From contig MU057887.1 of NCBI GenBank assembly GCA_013265495.1, positions 2,947,576-3,011,575 on the forward strand: a stretch of DNA of 64,000 bases. Reading direction: 5' to 3'. Below the pieces are notes generated by a model that had not been told where the DNA came from, searched no databases, and was given only the letters and a program-made list of their open reading frames with translations. Both the position numbers and the translations under genes were made by a program. This DNA comes from Vicugna vicugna (Eukaryota). Positions 36,816 to 47,996 of this stretch are shown piece by piece (the first letter of the stretch is position 1; every line of letters starts with the position of its first letter).

Positions 36816-37151
36816 GGGTTGACACTGTGGTCACATCTTTGATACCTCACTAATTTTATTGTTACTGTTTTTACGTACATGATCTACTAATTACTGAGAG
36901 AAGACCATTAAAACCTCCCAGTGTAATCGTGCACCAATCTTCCCTTTTAATCCTGCAGATTTTTTGCTTCGAGTGTTTGAAGCACTTTTATGTGTGTGCA
37001 TACACTTGAGAAATTGTTACTGTTTGAATGAACGTCTCTTCATGTTATACAATGTCCCTCTTTCTATCTGCTACATCGTCTTATCTCAGCCCTCTGTGCC
37101 TGGTGTTAGTATAGTACGGAGTGTTTCCATTGTGTATCTTCTACTTGTTAC

Positions 37152-37315
37152 TTTTTTATCTTTTTCTAATTGAAGTATAGTTGATTTACAACATTATATC
37201 AGTTCCAGGTGTCCAGCATCTTGACTCACTATTTTTATAGGTTACAGTCCATCTGAAGTTGTTAAAAATACCAGCTTCGTGCCCTGCGTGGTGCAATGTG
37301 TCCTTGTTCCATATT
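37152..37315 (-). mobile_element. Cetartiodactyl L1 3' tail
   Basis: ttttctaattgaagtatagttgatttacaacattatatcagttccaggtgtccagc. Confidence 0.75.
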
Positions 37316-37599
37316 CACTTGTCTTTGCTTTTAACTCGCCTAGTTCTTTGTATTTAAATTGTATCTTTTATAAACAGCAAGTAACTGAGTCTGGGTTTTT
37401 GTCCACTCTGTCCCTGACTTTTAATGGGAGCATTTAGTTCATTTATAGTTAAAGGAATATTTGATTTGATTTAAGTCAACTATCGTTCTATTTGTTTTCA
37501 ATTTGTCCCCACTATTCTTTGTTTCTTTCTCCTGCCTTATTTTGGATTAATTGAATATATTTTACTATTTATTTTCCTTTTTTAATGGCTTATTTTTGT

Positions 37600-39200
37600 T
37601 TTGCCTGATGAAGTATGTTTTATATGTGCAGTAAGATGCACCAATTTAAAGCATATGGATTTTGTCAACACTACCACCACCACAGTCAAGATACATAACG
37701 TTTCTATTAACCCAAAAGTCTCTCCCACCCTTGGCAGTCAATTCACTCTCTCACCCCGGCCCCCTATTAATGCTGATCTGATTTCTATCAGCGTAGTTAT
37801 GAGGTTTCTAGAAGTTTATATAAACTGAAGCATTCAGTGTTGCTGGTTCACATCTCGCTTCCTTCACGCAGCATGATGGTGCTGAGGCTCAGCCATGCTG
37901 TCATGTCACTGTCTTACTCTGTTTTATTGCGGACCGGTTCCCACAGCGCAGACACACCACTGTGCGCTCATTCATGCACCACCTGATGAGCGTTTGGGTT
38001 CTTTGCGGTTTCTGGCTATTCGGATGAAGATGAGCTGCATGAATATTCACGCACAAGTCTTTGAGTGGGCATATGTTTTTCACTTTTCTCCGAGAAAAAT
38101 GTCTAGGATTGGAAACAGGGGGTCAGGCAGAAGTGTACACTGAGCTTTATAAAACCTGCTGAACTGTTTTGCACAGCGTCTGTCCCACTTTGCATTCCCA
38201 CCAGCAACACATGAAAACTCCACCTGCTCCCTGTCCTCAGCAGCACTGGGTGTTTTCAGTCTTTTAAACGTTCACCATTCTAGTGGGTGTGCAGTGGTGT
38301 CTCATCGTGGTTTTAATTTGCATTCTTCTAAAGGCTAACGATGCTGAGCGCCTTTTCATATGCTTATTAACCACATGTTTATCCTCCTTGGTAAAGCATC
38401 CGTTCAAATATCGGCCCATTTCTCAAATGTGTTGTTTGTCATCTTATTCCTGAGTTGTGAGAGTTCTCTGTGTATTCATGATACAAGCCCATTTTGTATG
38501 TTTTGCAACTTTTTCCTCCCAGTCCATGATGTGCCTTTTCATCTTCTTGTGCACTTTAAAGAGCAAACGCTGTAATTTTGATAGTCTCATTTAGAAGTTT
38601 TAAAAACTATGTAGTTCAAGTTTTTACTGCCTTATTAAGAAATCTTTACTGAGCACAAGGCCAGTAAGTGTTTCTCTTATGTTTTTTCCAGAACATCCAC
38701 TGTTTCATCACTTCAGTTTAGTCCTCTTTCCTATTTCGAGTTATCTTTTCTATACAGTGAAGACTGCACTTCACTGTTTTTGCATATAGGTATGTATTCT
38801 TGGTGGACTTTGTTGACAATATTGTCCTTTCCCAATGGATTATCTTAGCACCTTTGTCAAAAAATCAATTAATCAAATTTCTGTGGGTCAGTTTCTAGAC
38901 CTTCTATTCAGTTCCACTAATCTGTCTGCCGGTCTTTACCTCTCTGATTCTGTTGCTGCTTTGTGATGCGTCTTGAGAGCAGATGGTGTCAGTCTCAATA
39001 CTTTATTCTTCTTTTTCAAAATTATTTCAACTCCTATAGTTCCTTTGCATGTCAACATCAACTTCAGAATAAGCTTATTAATTTCTACAGAACAAAAATT
39101 GGGACAGTGACTGAGATGTCATTAAATCTTTGTCAGTTTATAGAGAACTCATAATTTGACAGTAATTTTTGTCCAGCTCATGGTCGTGATTTATTTCTCC
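37600..39200 (-). mobile_element. L1MB/MC-type 3' UTR and ORF2 end
   Basis: Continuous antisense L1 3' sequence (gtggtgtctcatcgtggttttaatttgcatt, ttttgtcaaaaaatcaatt, gatggtgtcagtctc, cagaataagctt). Confidence 0.85.
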
Positions 39201-39215
39201 ACTTACTCAGCTGGT

Positions 39216-39610
39216 TGTGGTAGCACAGTAATGCCCCCACCCAGATGGCCACGCCTTAATCTCCAGAAACTTTCAAAATGTTCGCTTACCTGGCAAAAGG
39301 GACTCTGTAGATGTGATTCAGACAAGGTCCTTGAGAAGAGATTACCCTGAATTCTCCAGAGGGGTTCTGGCCAATCAAGTAAATCTTAAAATTCAGAGAC
39401 CCTTCCCCAGCTGTGGTCAGAGGGAGATGCGGTCATTGGAAGAACAGTTAGAGAGAAGTAACTTCACTGGCTTTGAAAATGGGGGAAGGGGCCACGAGCC
39501 AAGGAAATAGGTGGCCTCTAGGAGCTGGAAAAAGCCAGAGAACAGGTTTTTGTCTAGCGTCTCCACAGAGGAGAGCAGCCCTGATGGCACGTGGGTTTAA
39601 GTACTGAGCG
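39216..39610 (+). mobile_element. MLT1D-type solo LTR inserted in L1
   Basis: Starts tgtggtag...; tggcaaaagggactctgtagatgtgatt; gccacgagccaaggaa...gcctctaggagctggaaaaagc. Confidence 0.85.
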
Positions 39611-39885
39611 CACTTCAGGCATTGTACACAGCTGTGGTAAACACACTCTACTTAAATTTCAACTTTCAGTGATTTGTTTCTAGCATTTAGAAATACAGTG
39701 GGTTTTTGTAAATTCATCTTAAACCCAGAAACACTACTAAACTCATTTATTTGTTAAAAAGATTTTTATAGATTTTTTTTGGAATTTTCTACAGAGATGA
39801 TCATGTCGCCTGCAGATGAAGACAGTTGTATTTCTTTCATTCCAACATGCAAGCCTTTCATTTCTTTTCTTGCCTTACTGAGCTG
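39610..39885 (-). mobile_element. L1 ORF2 continuation
   Basis: aaacactactaaactcatttatt...ggaattttctacagagatgatcatgtcgcctgcagatgaagacagttgtatttctttc. Confidence 0.75.
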
Positions 39886-40130
39886 GCGAGGGCCCGCAGG
39901 ACACCAGCCATGGCGGGCCACCTCTCGAGACGCCGTCTCTCTGGGGCTGACCCTTCCGCCTCCTCCTTCCCACGTGGTCACGCGGGCCCACCTGGATGAT
40001 CACACATAATCCCCCTGCATCAAGGTGTTTCACTTAATCGCACTTGCAAAGCCATTGTCAGGTGAGGAGACCCCCGTGGGCCCTGGCACTGGGGCATGGG
40101 CGTGTTTGGGTGTCATTACTCTGCCTGTCT
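39885..40130 (-). mobile_element. MLT1 LTR fragment
   Basis: gggccccacctggatgatcacacataatccccc...cacttaatcgcacttgcaaagcc...ggggcatgggcgtgtttggg. Confidence 0.65.
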
Positions 40131-42119
40131 TGTTGGTGATGCGGACGCGCTGAGACCCCCTGAGCTGGGGCCAAGGCCTCCATTAGACGCAGCCCGGCTG
40201 CGATTCGCAGCTCATGCCCATTCCCCCTCTTTTGTCAGGATGATGCTCTGGGAGCTCAGGCTGAGGTTCAAAATCCTTGTTGCACCTGTGGATTCAACTC
40301 TAGCAGGTGGCTGGGAGGAGACATCGTACAAAACGTGTTCAGCTCACAACGGAAAACAAAACGACAGCGTGAGAACATCACCATGTTTCATTCCCAGTGA
40401 AGCGGTGGGTCTAGGTGTTGAGCGTCAGTGACAGCTGATGTCAAATGTCAAAAAAAAAAAACAAAACCAAAACCACAGATGCCAGGCACCTCCTGGTGGG
40501 AGAAGCAGCCGTCCTGCCCGGGGGTGGCCCCTGAGCCCAGGGAAGCCTCAGACTCCCTGGAGATGCAGAGGACAGGGGAGCACGCAGCCCCACACCACAA
40601 GGGTGAAATCAGCCGACTCCCGGTGATGGCAGGCCCTGCTGACTGAGCAGCGCGGCTCCTACAGCCGACAAACTGTAAGGAGGGCATCAGACGAGAGGCA
40701 GGCTGATTAAAAGAGGCATGAAAGGCATCACATGAGAGAAAAGACCGAGCAAGCCTTCGCATCCAGGGATGCAGACTTCACCTGTAAAGCCATACGGCAA
40801 GACGAGGACGTGGTTCCTCCAAAGTCAGGGCCCCTGGGAGCACCGTGCCGCTTCCAGACAGGAAGCAGCCGGGAGCCCAGCTTGGAGGGAGATGAGCCTC
40901 CACCGTGAATGTGTTACCTCTGAGGGGCTGGGTGTTCAAGTGGGGGTGCTGGACAAGGGCCTGGATTCACATGTGTCCACACGTGGTTTGGAGAGAGTCT
41001 GGCCCCAGCCTGACCCCGCAGAGAACCTTGCAGCCTGAACTGTACCTGCAAAGCCCCTTCGTACCAAGAGCCAGGGTCCTGGAGGTGAGCATGGGGGTAA
41101 CCCCCAGACCTCCCAGCCTCGCATCAGGGCGGGGCCCTCTGCCCACCGTGACCGGTGGGCGCACAGGCTCGTCGGGGGTGAGTGGTCTGCACCTGGCAGC
41201 ACTGCCCACAGGGGCCTCGGTCGCAGGTGAAGTCAGAGGATGTCAGAGAAGAGGCCGTCAGAACTGGACGGGGTTGACATCAGTGACCTGAAGGGAGCAG
41301 TAGGCACCAGAGCCCCTGGTGTCCTGGGGGTGGGTATGGAGACCTTGCCCTTGTGGGGGAGTTTTCTGCAAGGGAGTAAAGAAATCCAGAGACTGGAAGG
41401 TAGGTCCCCCTCCCTCACCCACGCCTGCTCACGCTCGTGGCAATGATCCGCTCAGCTCCTGCCACCGTGTTCGGACACCTCGTGGATTCCCGACCCTCTT
41501 CCTCTTGCCGGGCACCCCAGCCTCCCCGCAGGCACCCTCCATCTCACTGCACGGGGTCCCGGAAGTGGATCTTAAATCAGAGAGCTCACGTTTCCAAAGT
41601 CAGCCCTGGGAACCGAGGAAGCGCCTGAGTGGGAAGCCCCGGGTTCCCTCCTCGCCCTGCCTGAAGCAGCCCCGCCTCTCAGGAGGCGTCTCCGCCCTGT
41701 GCACGCTGTCCGGTCCTGGCACGCTGGCCTCCTGGTCCCAGAAAGGGGGTGCCGTCCCCCAGCACACATTGCCGCCCTGTGCACGCTGTCCGGAGGCTGG
41801 AGGAGAAAGTGGTCAGAGACGCAGCTGGACGCCTCCCCTGACGCCTCGCCTCGCCCCAGGGCCCCACTCTTTCCTATCAAAGTGTCCAGCTGAAGCCCAG
41901 TCTCAGGAGCCGTGTGGACAAAGCTGCAGTCAGGCTCCCGGAGAAGCCCGCCCGTGCAGGACCCTCTCCTGGGCCCTGGCAGGGGGCTCGGGCTCGGTTC
42001 TAATGCCCTTTGTAGGTTACGATAGAAGTCCATTTCTTTTACTCTGATGGAATTAAGTAACCGTACACTCCTTTCCAAGACAGACGCAGCTTCAGAATAG
42101 GACTGTGTCCTGGAACCAG

Positions 42120-42205
42120 CCCTGAGCCCTGAGCCCTGAGCCCTGAGCCTGAGCCCTGAGCCCTGAGCCTGAGCCCTGAGCCCTGAGCCTGAGCCCTGAG
42201 CCCTG
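42120..42205. repeat. (CCCTGAG)n repeat, 12 units, 7-7-6 higher-order period
   Basis: Unit lengths 7,7,7,7,6,7,7,6,7,7,6,7 read directly from the sequence. Confidence 0.95.
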
Positions 42206-44089
42206 GCCTCCTTAGACATTTCCAAGAGGACCCGAGTTGAGAGCTTCTGCCCACAGCCCTTGAGGCTCCGGGTGGTTCTGTTCTGCACGGAGATGCCTGG
42301 CATCACACACTCACGTGTGCACCCTTGATGAGCGACCGTGCTCTCCCACAGAGCCGGCTGGCCCTCGGCCCCTGGCTGTGCCACCTGCCCCCGAGGAGAC
42401 GCCGTCCTGCCACCGCAAGCTCTGGCCAGAGCCCCGCCTCCCGCCTCCCGCGCCCGCTGTGCTGGCCTCTCACCTCAGGGCTTCTGCCCCGGGAAAGGGC
42501 TGCTCCCAGCATCGGGCAAACCGCCTCTCAACCAGGGGGCTGGGGAGGAAGACCGAGGCCCAGGCACCTGGGGCCCTCCTCCAGGGAGAGGCTCTGAGGT
42601 TGGGGAGCTCTGTTAGAGAACTGGGTCATTTGTGTGTGTGAGATGGACAGACACACACATGGAGGGTCCCTGCTAGAAATCTCATCATCCCTGAAGGGCT
42701 GACCTGTGGAGGCGGAAAAAGAGTGAGAGGGTCAGAAGGAGAACTGGGTGGGGGGGGGCTTCCAAGGAGGTGGGCTTCCTGGGAAAGAAGGAGCAGCTCT
42801 CAGCCTGAGGGCAGTGGGCGGCAGGGGCGGGGGTGAGGGGGCAGGAGAGGAAGAGCCTGTCCCCAGAAGGAGGTTCAGGGGACGGAGGCTCAGGGGTCCC
42901 ACAGCATGCAGATGCTGGCCCGGTAGCTGTGTGCTTCGCCTGCCTGATGCCAGAGGCTGGCCGAAAGGAAGGCTTCACGGGTCCACCCGCTGCTTTACAA
43001 GACGTCAAGCGACTGGCTGGAACGTATCCTGCCCCAGACTGGCTGGGTTTGCACTTGCTTGGATGCTGAACAGATGGAGGCTTGGGCAGGAGTCGCTGGC
43101 CCTCCGGCACTTGGGCCCGCCCCCAGGCCCCCGAGGCTGGTGGCAGATGCACTGACCACCCAGGCTGTGCTGAGGTGCGGAGGCCCGGGCACGGCTTTGC
43201 GCAGGCAGGCGTGTCCTGTGGGGTGAGAGCCTCTCCCGGGGAACTGGGGGAGCACGGGGCAGGGGTCAGGCCTGCCCAGCCTGGAGGCCCCCACAGAGGC
43301 CCCCTTGGGACCGACTGCATCTTATTTTGCAACAAATTCCCCGTCACTTTTCTCTCCCAAAGTTCTGGGTCCTCCGAAAAGAAAAGAAAAGCCCGTTGCA
43401 CATTGTTCGTAACAGCCCTGTGCTTCAGAAAGCACAGCACATTCGTCTCTTCGCAGTCCTCGTCCCCAGGTCAGGTCTGATGGATTCTGTGAATGGGGGG
43501 CTGCGGGGCTGGCTTTGCTTTCCTCGCGATAAATATTCATGTGAAGAGGAGAGACAAAGAAAGTGAGGTTCAAATACAGGCCACACTTGTCCGGGTGCCC
43601 CGGAGTGTCATGAAGGCACCCGCGCCGCCCACAGCCCCCGGGACGGGCGCCCACTGGCCGCCCTCTGCACGCCGACCAGAGCAGTGTGAGCGGGGCTCTC
43701 TCAGACGTGAGCTCTGTGGCCATGGCGGGGGGAGCTCTGAGGCACCAGGGAAGAGGAGGATTTGGAGCACCTGGCTTGCGGGGGTGTCAGGCGGGCACAC
43801 GGTGAAGCCTGCAGAGGCCGGGCCCGTGGCAGGGCCTCGGGTGCCCAGGAAGGCCGCAGCCCCGTCTGTCTCCTCCCGGGAGCCGAGCGCGAGCACCGAA
43901 GTCAGCGTGGAGCCGACAAGGGCCTCCGGGTTCGGCTGCACCATGCACGTCGCTCGGAAGCCCTCGCTCCTGTCCTTGCAGGAGAAGCGCTGAACAAACG
44001 GGAAAATCAATGGCTTCCCGGAGCCTCTGGGAGCTGAGGAGGCAGGGACCATCGCCTCCTGAAATCGAGCGACAAGTGAGCCCAGAGCT

Positions 44090-44810
44090 CCACCCACCCG
44101 GGTGGCGGCTGCCAGGGCTGCTCACTGGCAGGAACACGTGCACAGCCACCGGTCGCTCGGACAGATCCTTGGAGGCGACCGTTTCCAGCAGCCTGGGCAT
44201 CGTCACCCAGCACTGGGAGCAGCCAGGGTGCCCCGCAGTCGACGATGGATAAGTAAACGGGGGTCCACCCAGACGGGGCACTGTCGTTCCACACTGAAAA
44301 GAAATGACCTATCAAGCCATGGAGAGACGTGGCGGAGACTTAAATGCGTGTCCCTAAGTGAGAGAGGCCCGTCTGCAAAGGCTACAGACTGTGTGACTCC
44401 GACTCCGGGACGTTCCGGAAAAGGCAGAACGACGAGTGGCCGTGGGGGGTCTGCGGCGAGCAGGGACGAGGTGAACGCGGGGCAGAGAGGGTCCCGAGGG
44501 CAGGGAAACCCTGCAGGAAGCTGTGACGGTGGCCTCGTGTCACTATCTGCCTGCCCAAACCCGCAGAATGTGACACCAGCAGTGGCCACCCCCACCCTCC
44601 GACGTGCACCCTGGACTTCACTTGGTAACAGTGTGTCAGTACTGGGCCACGGGCTGTAACGCACGACTGCACACCCGCAAACTGTTAACAGCAGGGGAAG
44701 TGCTCCCGGGAGGTGGGGGCGCAGGGGGCACACGGGACCCTCTGTACCGTCTGCTCAGTTCCGCTGTCAATCTAAAAGGCACTGAAAATGTAGAGTCTGT
44801 GTAAAAACAG
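44090..44810 (+). mobile_element. L1MC1/2-type 3' end, GC-shifted
   Basis: aaaagaaatgacctatcaagccatggagagacgtgg...ttaaatgcgtgtccctaagtgagagaggcc...ggaaaaggcaga...ctgctcagttccgctgtcaatctaaaa. Confidence 0.85.
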
Positions 44811-44999
44811 CCAATGAAGGATCCCAGACAGGTCCCAGTTCCTCGAACCGCCCGCCCTCCCCCACGCACCCCCAGCATTTCTCCCTAAAGTAAAGCCCGT
44901 GCCTTTCCCACCCACTTAAAACCAGGTTCCCACACACGGTTGTAGCCACGAACAGGGAACATGCACAGCTTCTGCTCACCTTTACGCCGAAGGTGCCAC

Positions 45000-45780
45000 A
45001 CTGTGCATGTGAGTGTGGACCCCGCGCTGTTGTGAGATAGCTTCCTGCTGAGATAAACACGCGCAGCTCATTCGTTTAAACAACTGCAATGTGTCCACTC
45101 TGCTCACACGTCCCGGTTCGCTTGTCCTCTTTCCTGCTGGTGGACGTCGGGTGTGGCCGTGTATTTGCTGTAACTGATGGTGCTGCCCGAACGTCCCTGC
45201 GAGTCTCCGTGAGCGCGTGGATGAGAGCTGCGGGGGGAGGCGCGCAGGCGGCGCACACGGCTCCAGTGCCGCTCGGCCACCGCACCCGGCTGCGCCCCGG
45301 GACCCTCCCTCCCGAGGGTGTCCCCCTCGCATCTGACGCTGTCAGTCCGAAGTGTCCAAGGTGATCTCATCATCTCACGTCTGGATGACGTCAAAGTGTC
45401 CCCATATGTTTGCTGGACAGTGGAGTTCCTTCTCTTCCAAATTGCACATTTACGTCTTTCTACACCTTTATCACATTTTCCTTCCTCTTGAAGCTCTGTA
45501 GGAGGGGTTTGCATGGTCCAGATAAAACCCATTATTGATTTTATTGGACAAAAGAATCTCCTCCTACGTCATTATTTATGGTGGTTTTGCTGTAAAAGTT
45601 TTAAATTCTGATGTAATGAAATGCATTCTTCACTTCCTTTGGGTTTGGGTTTTTGTGTCTTATTTAAGAAATAAGAACATGAATAAGAAAAAGAAAAACA
45701 TTTTCTTCTAGGATTTTAAAGTTTAGATCTGTGTGCCATCTGGAATCCGTTTTCATTTGTGGCTGAGGGAGAGAAAACCT
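45000..45780 (-). mobile_element. L1ME-type 3' fragment
   Basis: tcctgctggtggacgtcgggtgtggcc...tttgctgtaaaagttttaaattctgatgtaat...ttttcttctaggattttaaagtttagatct. Confidence 0.6.
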
Positions 45781-46879
45781 TCCGCTCCCAGATGGCTGGC
45801 CTGGTGCTCCTGCCTCCTTCACCGAGGAGCCCGCCCGTCCTGCACTGACGCGTGGGACACCTTAGTGACGGGCCGCGCATGCATGTGAGTGTGGGTGCTC
45901 GTGGACCCCCTCTGTCCCAGCGACGTATCTGGTGAACGAGGCTGTTCAGTGCTTTGTGCAGCGTTTCCGTCCCTGGAGTGGGCGGCCTTGCCTGGCCGGC
46001 AGCATGTCTCTGTTTTGTTTATGTGTTTGATTTATCATTTCCCGGCTGTCCTTCTATGAGGCTCTCTTAGCTCCTCCAGGCTGGGTCGCCATCCACAGCC
46101 CCACGGCCCTTGTGGACACAGCACGTATCCAGGGCCGGCCGCACGTGCAGCGCGCGTCCTGGGATCTAGGGCCCCTGTGTTTTGAGAGCCGGGCGCGGCC
46201 CAGAGCAGAGGCTCTGTGACTGGCTCCTGGGTGAGTGGAGGCAGGGAGGGGGGCTGAGGTGGTGGCCTGGTTCCTCCAAGTGCCAGAAACTCCGCTCTGG
46301 AGCTGAAAGTGAAGAGGGGGGCCCCCGTGCGGACTCGCGGCCGGTGGAGAGCCGGGTGCGCGGGGCGCTCTGTCAACGGTGCGCAGAGCAGCGGCCCCTG
46401 AAGCACGTGGACAAGCCAAACCTTCGCAAAGCGCCTGGTGTGCGGTCGCTCCATCCTCTCAGCAGCCCCGCGAGGTGGGTGCTGGGTGCCGGCCTGACTC
46501 TCCAGCTGAGGAAACTCAGGGGCAGCACCGCGATCGCAGCCGGGGCCAGTCTTCCTGCTGCAGCCACTAACCCTTGCCCCGAACTCAGCCCTGCACGTGG
46601 AGGCACGGGCACTGGACGCGCGTGCATACGCGTGACTGTGTGTTTTACCGGAAAAAGTAGCACTTCAGCATGGTTCACGCCTCAAATAATGCAAGGGTTA
46701 TGCAAACAAGGGCTGCGGCTGCGCCCCGGAGCTGCCGGCCCCCTTCCCAGGGGCGAAGCCCGCTGACAGACTGTCGCGAATCCTCCCAGACGCGCTCCCC
46801 CGCCCTGGGCCTGGGGCGTTTCTGTGTCGCTGTGAGTGTGTCTGCACCCGTCGCCCTTCTGAAACATCAACAGGAGCGT

Positions 46880-47180
46880 TGTGCGCGCTCTGCTTTGCAT
46901 TTGCGTTCCTCACTGAGCAATCTATTTTGGAGAGGTGCTAATCCGTTCTTTCAAAAATGGCTCCACGGTATTCCATGAATTATTTACACACTCCCATGAT
47001 GAGAGTCCTTAGATTGGTTCTAGGCACCTGTAATTATTCTTTTAAAAAATGGGAATCTTTGTAATATGTCTCTGTTCTTACAGGCACGTGCTCGTGCAGA
47101 GCAGCACTCTGAATGTGGGCGTGCTGCGACAGACCGCAAGTGCATTTCGCCGTTTGGGAGATGCTCTGAATTACTAGAAT
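46880..47180 (-). mobile_element. L1ME-type fragment
   Basis: gtattccatgaattatttacacactccc...ttagattggttc...gcaagtgcatttcgccgtttgggagatgctc. Confidence 0.45.
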
Positions 47181-47935
47181 TACGCCCCAAAGAGGTTGCA
47201 GTGGTCGCCTGGCCGCCGGGAGAGGATGCGGACTTGCCCTGAGCACCCCGTCAATCCAGGGCACACCGCGCCCAGCGGGGACGCCGCCTCTAAGGAGAAC
47301 GCTGCGTCACCGGCCCACTGGTTTGCTCGTCTTCACCTTCATGCCATTCGGACGTTTTGCATTAGGCTTATCGACTGCTTGTGTTTCCTGTGCTGAAAAT
47401 GACACCCCACGTTCTCCAGCCGTTTGAGGGGAGAGGCGGGGAGGGGTTGGCTGATCTTTTCACTATTTTAAACAGTTTTATCAAGAATGCATTGTAAATC
47501 ATTAACCATTTCTATCTGACAGTTGATGGATTTGGTCGGCAATTAAATTCCAAGCGTTGAGTCATTTCTGGTTCCTGGAAAGAACCACGTGAGTCACAGC
47601 GCATCCTTCCTCTCTGAGCTGTCCGATCCCGCTCGTCAGTGTGGCAAGTGGAGGTTCTGCCTCTGCGCCCACAGACTAGACGCACGCCTGGCCTGGTGTG
47701 TGTGTGCGATGTTTCTGGTTTGGCTTGGTTACAACCCTGGAAGAGAAAGGGTCCCCCCAAATTGAAATAATTACTGCATTACTTATTCTCTAAAGTTCTG
47801 GCAGAACTCAGCAAGGAGTTTTCATGGCGATTGTGATTTAAGGGGAAGGAGCTCCCGGGCAGCTTTCTCAGTTTGTGTGCAGTGCTCGGTCAGTTTAGGT
47901 TTCCAGGGTCACGGACGGTGAATTTTGGACTCCAG

Positions 47936-47996
47936 TTAGTTAGATAGATGGACGGATAGATAGACGGATAGATGGATAGATGGATGGATAGATGGG
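47936..47996. repeat. (TAGA/TGGA)n tetranucleotide microsatellite
   Basis: ttagatagatggacggatagatagacggatagatggatagatggatggatagatggg. Confidence 0.9.

Larger units (their letters stand above)
35630..37600 (-). mobile_element. Ancient L1M ORF2 (5'/endonuclease region) fossil, interrupted by two younger L1 tails
   Basis: Clear match to recalled antisense ORF2 consensus at 36350-36545 (ttttattgagatttgttttaaggc...gagtgcttggaaagagtg) and 36830-37150 (ctactaattactgagag...tttttgcttcgagtgtttgaagc). The match continues leftwards, increasingly GC-substituted, into the CpG island. Confidence 0.75.

Noticed and set aside
40720-40910. Short protein-like frame (REKTEQAFASRDADFTCKAIRQDEDVVPPK)
   Set aside because: The DNA weakly resembles decayed sense L1 ORF2; no splice signals.
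41572-42384. 270-aa ORF with AQGSGLR repeats and a protein-like stretch (SVLERSVRLLNSIRVKEMDFYRNLQRAL)
   Set aside because: The repeat comes from the CCCTGAG array, and the protein-like part has low GC3, unlike genes in this isochore.
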